A stretch of 64,000 bases of DNA from an uncultured Lachnospiraceae bacterium (GTDB lineage Bacteria; Bacillota; Clostridia; Lachnospirales; Lachnospiraceae). Positions 58,736 through 64,000 of the stretch are shown piece after piece. How positions within the stretch are numbered: the stretch's first letter is position 1; each line of letters begins with the position of its first letter. The stretch spans positions 131,734 through 195,733 of the forward strand of contig CAJUDH010000004.1 of assembly GCA_910584845.1 (NCBI GenBank), given 5' to 3'. Position numbers and translations under genes: made by a program. Below the pieces are notes generated by a model that worked only from the letters and a program-made list of their open reading frames with translations, was not told the origin of the DNA and did not search any database.

Positions 58736-60088
58736 ATGGACAGGCAAACCCATACAAAAATATTTCTATTTTCTGCTGTGGCCGTTTTGTTTTTTTGCAT
58801 TATGGCTGGGCGGCAGTTTTTTGCATTTATATCCGGACCGGAGCCAACGGCAGGCCACATAGATTTGGGGGAGTTGGAAGGGGAATATGTTTCCTATTAC
58901 GTGACGCATCCCGTTGCATCTTTTGTTGAGGAATATTATTCGGGAGATGCAGGCCGGGCCAGTAAAATGGCCTATGTGACTTATGATGAGGAACGCCAGG
59001 TTTTTTTAAAGGTTGTGGTGCCAGACCGGAAAAAAGGCAATTTGGAACATTTGATGAAGGCTGTTAACCGTTCGGAAGAACTAAAGGCAAGCTGGGGGGA
59101 TAAACAGGCGTCCGAAGAACGCCCAATCGAGGTAACCGGCACCTTGGCCCCGTTAGGTGACGAGGCAATCCAGGAGGCCATGGATGCCTTGGCAGGCCCG
59201 GATTCGCAAAGCACCGGGGAAATGGATTCTTTGGCGTCGGCCCAGCTTTGCTGGTATGTAATAGAAGACAAAAATATCGGTGGATTTTTGCCGTTTAACC
59301 TGTGGATGTCTATGGTTACTGCAGGTTTGAATGTATTGATTTTTTTGCTATGCCTGCTATCCTTAATAAGAAAAAATGAGGCGCCCGCTACCCCCCGTAA
59401 CCCCGGCAGCCCGTTGGAGGCTTTTTGGAAGCAGCAGACGGACAGGGTGGAACCCTGGTGCGGCATGATGCGCGCCAAACGGGGCAAGATGGCCCTGCAG
59501 TTTTTGCTGGGTTCTATGGCGGTGTTGACAATCCTTGGTTTTGTGGTCCGCTATCCGGTGGCCTATGTATTGACCGTCCATCTGCCGATGGGGATATTTG
59601 TGGGGGAACTGGCAGGGGCCTTGCTTTGGTTGGGGGCGAAAGTTTCCTTCAGCCCGGACAAAATTATAAAGAACCTCCAAAAAGACCTGAAAAAGCAGGT
59701 TCCGGCGCCGGAAAGCCAGGAAGCCTTGGCCAGAGAGCTTGTGGATACCAAAGCCGGATGGGCTTTTATGGAAAAAGGCAATGAGGGCTTTAAGATAGCG
59801 ATGGTAGGGGAACGGCATTGGGTGGTCCTTTTTAACACAGGGAAAATAGTGGTCGTGGATTCCCAGCTGGTGGAAAAAATCCATTCAGAGGTGGAATCGG
59901 GGCAAATCCGCAGCGGGAAAGTCCGGATAAACTATACCTATTACATTATCCAGATCCACTGCCTGGCGCCGGCAGGGCAAAAAGGCAAAGATGTAAGGCT
60001 GTCTTTCGAGACGGAAGACGGGGCAGGCAACCTGGTCAATCTGATTCAAAAGCGTCTGGGGGACAGGGCAGAGCGGATTATACGGTAA
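58736..60088 (+). CDS. Hypothetical membrane protein (~4 TMs, extracellular loop domain, C-terminal soluble domain)
   Basis: AGGAGG RBS, own promoter, hydrophobic segments; no family recognised. Confidence 0.7.
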   Translation: MDRQTHTKIFLFSAVAVLFFCIMAGRQFFAFISGPEPTAGHIDLGELEGEYVSYYVTHPVASFVEEYYSGDAGRASKMAYVTYDEERQVFLKVVVPDRKKGNLEHLMKAVNRSEELKASWGDKQASEERPIEVTGTLAPLGDEAIQEAMDALAGPDSQSTGEMDSLASAQLCWYVIEDKNIGGFLPFNLWMSMVTAGLNVLIFLLCLLSLIRKNEAPATPRNPGSPLEAFWKQQTDRVEPWCGMMRAKRGKMALQFLLGSMAVLTILGFVVRYPVAYVLTVHLPMGIFVGELAGALLWLGAKVSFSPDKIIKNLQKDLKKQVPAPESQEALARELVDTKAGWAFMEKGNEGFKIAMVGERHWVVLFNTGKIVVVDSQLVEKIHSEVESGQIRSGKVRINYTYYIIQIHCLAPAGQKGKDVRLSFETEDGAGNLVNLIQKRLGDRAERIIR

Positions 60089-60114
60089 AAGGGTACAAGA
60101 AGGGAGGAAAAGAA

Positions 60115-60945
60115 ATGTTAGCGGATTATCATGTACATACGGAGTTCAGCGACGATTCGACCTATCCCATGGAGGATGTGGTGAAAGATACGGTTCGGCT
60201 GGGCTTCGATGAAATTTGTTTTACCGACCATGTGGACTATGGGGTGAAGGTAGACTGGGACAGCAAAGAAGAAGTAACTTACCGGGACGGGGAGCCGCTG
60301 GCCAACGTAGATTACCCCAAATATGTAGAACAGGTCCGAAACCTGCAAGAGGCTTACCAAGGCAAAATTTCCCTCAAATTAGGGATGGAATTTGGCGTGC
60401 AGATGCATACGATTCCGCAATTTGAGGCATTGTTTAGCCGCTATCCCTTTGATTTTATTCTTTTGTCCGTCCATCAGGTGGAGGATAAAGAGTTTTGGAC
60501 ACAGGACTTTCAAAGGGGGCGGACACAAATAGAATATAATGAGCGCTATTATGAGGAAATGCTAAACCTGGTAAACCATTACCACAATTATAGCGTGCTC
60601 GGCCATTTGGATTTGATCGTGCGGTATGATGAAATGGGGGTATACCCCTTTGCAAGGGTAAGGCCATACATAGAGGAAATACTAAAGAAGGTAATTAAAG
60701 AAGGGAAAGGGATTGAGGTAAATACGTCTTCGCACAGGTATGGCCTCGCAGATTCAACGCCGTCCAAAGAAATCCTGCGCCTTTACCGTGAACTGGGAGG
60801 GGAGGTCATTACCATTGGCAGCGACAGCCATAAGCCAGAGCATTTAGGGACTTATTTGGAAGAGGCAAAAGGATTGTTAAAGTCTCTGGGTTTTTTGAAG
60901 TTTTGTACTTATAAAAATATGCGGCCTATATTCCATGATTTATGA
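60115..60945 (+). CDS. Histidinol-phosphatase HisJ family (PHP domain)
   Basis: DYHVHT, FTDH, GHLD, GSDSH. Confidence 0.9.
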   Translation: MLADYHVHTEFSDDSTYPMEDVVKDTVRLGFDEICFTDHVDYGVKVDWDSKEEVTYRDGEPLANVDYPKYVEQVRNLQEAYQGKISLKLGMEFGVQMHTIPQFEALFSRYPFDFILLSVHQVEDKEFWTQDFQRGRTQIEYNERYYEEMLNLVNHYHNYSVLGHLDLIVRYDEMGVYPFARVRPYIEEILKKVIKEGKGIEVNTSSHRYGLADSTPSKEILRLYRELGGEVITIGSDSHKPEHLGTYLEEAKGLLKSLGFLKFCTYKNMRPIFHDL

Positions 60946-61003
60946 CAGGGGCAAACGCCTCGAAGTGTTTAAGGCATACCATCATGGAAGGAGGGCGAGG
61001 GCT

Positions 61004-61561
61004 ATGTTACATACCATGAGTTATGATTCCCCGGTTGGTGAACTTCTGCTTGCGGAAAAGGACGGGGCTTTGGTGGGGCTTTGGATAAAGGGGCAAAAAT
61101 ATTTCCTGGACCCCTGGAAAGGGGAGTTAGCCGAACCATCGGAGTCCATGCTTTTGAAGCAGGCGGCGTCATGGTTAAGCCGTTATTTTAATGGAGAAAA
61201 ACCGCCGTTACAGGAATTAAAAATTGCGCCCGCAGGCAGTGCATTCCGTAAGGAAGTTTGGCGGATACTCTGCGGGATCCCTTATGGGGAGGTGGCTACT
61301 TACGGAGAAATATCAAAAAAAATATCGGCAAACCGTAAGTTTGGCAACACGTCCGCCCGGGCTGTGGGCGGGGCAGTGGGGCATAACCCGATTTCCATTA
61401 TCATCCCCTGCCATCGGGTGGTAGGGGCCGGGGGAAGCCTGACAGGATACGCAGGCGGTATTGATAAAAAGATGAAATTGCTTGCCCACGAGAGGGCAGA
61501 TATGGAAAAGCTGCCTATCCCCAAAGCGGGGATAGGCGGGAACCTACAGACATTATTCTGA
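61004..61561 (+). CDS. ogt: Methylated-DNA--protein-cysteine methyltransferase
   Basis: SPVG.L, IPYG..TYG, RAVG.AVG.NP, IPCHRV. Confidence 0.93.
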   Translation: MLHTMSYDSPVGELLLAEKDGALVGLWIKGQKYFLDPWKGELAEPSESMLLKQAASWLSRYFNGEKPPLQELKIAPAGSAFRKEVWRILCGIPYGEVATYGEISKKISANRKFGNTSARAVGGAVGHNPISIIIPCHRVVGAGGSLTGYAGGIDKKMKLLAHERADMEKLPIPKAGIGGNLQTLF

Positions 61562-61599
61562 CTTGTGATGCCACGGCATCTTGAAAAAAAAAGGAGGCC

Positions 61600-61830
61600 A
61601 TGGTAAAATTACTTGTATGATATTTTTGTTGCGGGAGGGTTTTTTACGAAATTTTTAGCCAATCAAAAGCTTGCTACGCGCATCAGTATTATTACCACAG
61701 CAATTACTTTTGCCGGGCTATTGATGCTCTGCGGCTTATGGATGTGCTGCTGGATTTGGACATAGAGGGCCTCCCCAACAGCGAGTATGTATTTTTGAAC
61801 GTGGATACCGGTTTGTACCTTTACCAATAA
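61600..61830 (+). pseudogene. Possible gene remnant with an internal TGA
   Basis: AAGGAGG-CC-ATG, MVKLLV* then 69 open codons in the same frame, ending at the junction with the oxidoreductase fragment. Confidence 0.3.
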
Positions 61831-62770
61831 GCTGCGGAGCCAGAGGGTTGACGAAATCCGTCCTTGCATTTCTTGCCAGGAAGGCTGCATGGGCCGTATC
61901 CAGGAGTATTCCATGATAAATTGCGCTGTAAACCCGCAGGCAGCCAGGGAAGGGGCCAGTGCCTATGGGCCTGTATGGAAAAGCAAACGGGTATTAATCG
62001 TGGGCGGGGGGCCGGCAGGCTGTGAGGCCGCCAGAGTTCTTGCCATACGGGGGCACCGGCCGGAACTTTTTGAAAAAGGAAGCCGTTTAGGGGGGAACCT
62101 GATTCCGGGAGGGGCCCCGGATTTTAAGGAAGACGACTTGGCGCTTGCCCGTTGGTATGAGGCGCAGTTGAAAAAATGGAAGGTCCCGGTCCATTTGAAC
62201 ACAGAAGTAAAAAAGGAAGATGTGTTAAAACAGGGCTTTGATACGGTAATCCTTGCCACCGGGTCTACCCCGAAAGTTTTTTCTTTGGGTGAGGATGAAC
62301 ATGTTTACACAGCCTCCCAAGTGCTGACAAAGGAAAAAGAATGCGGTGAGAAAACCGTAGTGGTCGGCGGTGGCCTGGTGGGTTGTGAAACAGCCCTTTG
62401 GCTGGCTCAGATGGGAAAATCCGTTACAATCGTGGAAGCCCTGGACAAAATACTTGCCGTCAACGGCCCCTTATGTCATGCAAATTCCGAAATGCTGGAA
62501 CGGCTGATCCCTTATAACCATATCCAGGTAATAACCCAGGCTAAGGCGTCCAAATACCAGGACGGTGTATTGACTGTCGATCAAAACGGGGCCGAGCTTC
62601 AACTTCCTTGTGACAGCGTCATTTTATCGGTAGGGTACCAGGAGGAAAACAGCTTATATCAGGAAGTGGAATTTGATGTACCGGAACTTTATTTGCTGGG
62701 GGATGCAAAAAAAGTAAGCAACATTATGTATGCGATCTGGGACGCCTTTGAAGTTGCCAACCATATTTAA
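61826..62770 (+). pseudogene. 5'-truncated NADH:flavin oxidoreductase (OYE/enoate-reductase-like); FMN TIM barrel missing
   Basis: In-frame NKLRSQRVDEIRPCISCQEGCMGR..INCAVNP (Fe-S motif) upstream of the called Met; GGGPAG and GGGLVG Rossmann motifs; in-frame stop at 61796; no clear RBS. Confidence 0.75.
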
Positions 62771-62788
62771 AAGTTACGCCCTATGCAG

Positions 62789-62817
62789 CAAGTGTGCCTT
62801 TCTGGCACACTTGTTTT
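62789..62817 (+). terminator. Intrinsic terminator
   Basis: CAAGTGTGCC-TTTCT-GGCACACTTG followed by TTTT. Confidence 0.7.
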
Positions 62818-62908
62818 AAACAACGGAAACCCTTATTTGATGGGTGCGCCTGTCGGATGAGGGCGTTTTTTCCGAAAATAAAATACAGAAAAGGGAAAAG
62901 GAAAACCT

Positions 62909-63568
62909 ATGATAAAGGCAGTTATATTTGATATGGACGGATTGATGATTGACAGCGAGCGGGTTACTTATGAAGGGTATGTGGCCGAATGCAAAAAGTT
63001 AGGCCTGGTTATGGAACGGGAATTTTACAAGCAGGTTTTGGGGCTTCCTTTGCCGTCTGTTTTTCAGATGTTTTATGAAAAATACGGAAAATCTTTTCCC
63101 ATGGAAGAAGTGTTAAAAGAAGTCCACCGCTATATGGATGATCTATTTCAAAAAGACGGGGTGCCGGTTAAAGACGGGGTAAGGGATTTTTTGGCTTATT
63201 TAAAAGAAAAGGGATATCGGACGGTCCTGGCCACTTCCAGTAACCGCAGCCGGGTAGACAAGATTTTGGAACAGACAAACCTGGAAACGTATTTTGATGA
63301 TTCCATCTGTGGCGATGAAATCGAAAAAGGGAAGCCGAATCCAGATGTTTTTTTGAAAGCCTGTGACAAAGTAGGGGTAAAACCGATGGAAGCCATTGTC
63401 TTGGAAGACTCGGAAGCGGGCATACAAGCTGCTTATTCCGCAGGCATCCCGGTAGTCTGTGTGCCGGATATGAAAGAGCCAGGGGAAAACTATGCAAAAA
63501 TGGCTTATAAAATTGTAGATTCTTTAACGGTAGTACTCCATATGTTTGAATCCGGGGAACTATGTTAG
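62909..63568 (+). CDS. HAD family phosphatase (beta-PGM-like)
   Basis: FDMDGLMIDSE, ATSS, GKPNPD, LEDS..G. Confidence 0.9.
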   Translation: MIKAVIFDMDGLMIDSERVTYEGYVAECKKLGLVMEREFYKQVLGLPLPSVFQMFYEKYGKSFPMEEVLKEVHRYMDDLFQKDGVPVKDGVRDFLAYLKEKGYRTVLATSSNRSRVDKILEQTNLETYFDDSICGDEIEKGKPNPDVFLKACDKVGVKPMEAIVLEDSEAGIQAAYSAGIPVVCVPDMKEPGENYAKMAYKIVDSLTVVLHMFESGELC

Positions 63569-63592
63569 GATAGCCGAAAGAGGTGGGAAGGT

Positions 63593-64000
63593 ATGGAAAG
63601 GCAAAAAAGTGCAGATATATGGATTGCAGGGGTCTTGACCACAGGTATAACCATATACTCGGCATGGAAATTGATTGGGGAAGGAATACTATCCTGGCAT
63701 TTTTCACAACAAGGGTTCCGGTTCATGATGATGGAATCTTTTTGTTTATGGCTGATGTTGTTTTTATTGTTTCAAAAAGGCCGCGGCATGATCATAAGGT
63801 TGGGGGCGGCAGCGTTCCTTGTAGCGGCCTTTTCCTGGATCCATATGATTTTTTTGCCGGTGGTTTTTACCGGTGCCTATTCCTTGTACCTGATTTTGCT
63901 GGGGAGATGGATGGGCAGGAAGATGCGGCGGCATATGGGGGTCTGTTGGAGCTTCCTTTTCGGTTCTGCCATGACGGTACTGGCCTTTTGCCTGCTTTCC
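63593..64000 (+). CDS. Membrane protein, partial (runs off the window)
   Basis: ATG 63593 after GAGGTGGGAAGG; frame open to the window end; several hydrophobic segments (MERQKSADIWIAGVLTT...). Confidence 0.7.
   Translation, partial: MERQKSADIWIAGVLTTGITIYSAWKLIGEGILSWHFSQQGFRFMMMESFCLWLMLFLLFQKGRGMIIRLGAAAFLVAAFSWIHMIFLPVVFTGAYSLYLILLGRWMGRKMRRHMGVCWSFLFGSAMTVLAFCLLS

Noticed and set aside
61600..61830. Selenoprotein reading through TGA at 61618
   Set aside because: No SECIS-like hairpin or redox motif context; RBS spacing is only 2 nt; decay is the simpler explanation

Overview
64-kb chromosomal window from a Clostridia-class firmicute; gene content and order suggest Lachnospiraceae (inference). 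Most of it is housekeeping: putative 6S RNA, pckA, carD, pyrBI, split purine genes (purO plus an AICAR-transformylase-only purH), hflKC, arcC, azlCD, rsmF, dinB, GH1 and GH4 phospho-glucosidases, a dac carboxypeptidase, a biotin/Na+ decarboxylase operon, mcsA-mcsB-clpC-radA, tRNA-Trp, pta-ackA, hisJ and ogt. Main points of interest: (1) a three-gene unit encoding a Hanks kinase-TM-LRR receptor, a double-FHA ABC ATPase and an ABC-2 permease, which looks like a receptor-kinase-gated exporter; (2) two tandem zinc-ribbon/kinase/TM/MORN receptors between purO and purH, one with damaged kinase motifs; (3) a clpC operon led by a YtrA-type GntR with its own operator instead of CtsR, with an McsB lacking its NEED and CPTN catalytic residues; (4) a 166-bp MITE-like element on the clpC stop codon; (5) an orphan HPE-type J-domain membrane protein; (6) a 5'-truncated flavin/Fe-S oxidoreductase. 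No CRISPR, transposase, integrase, prophage or rRNA was seen. All calls come from reading motifs by eye; no database search was run, and start codons were chosen from RBS position.
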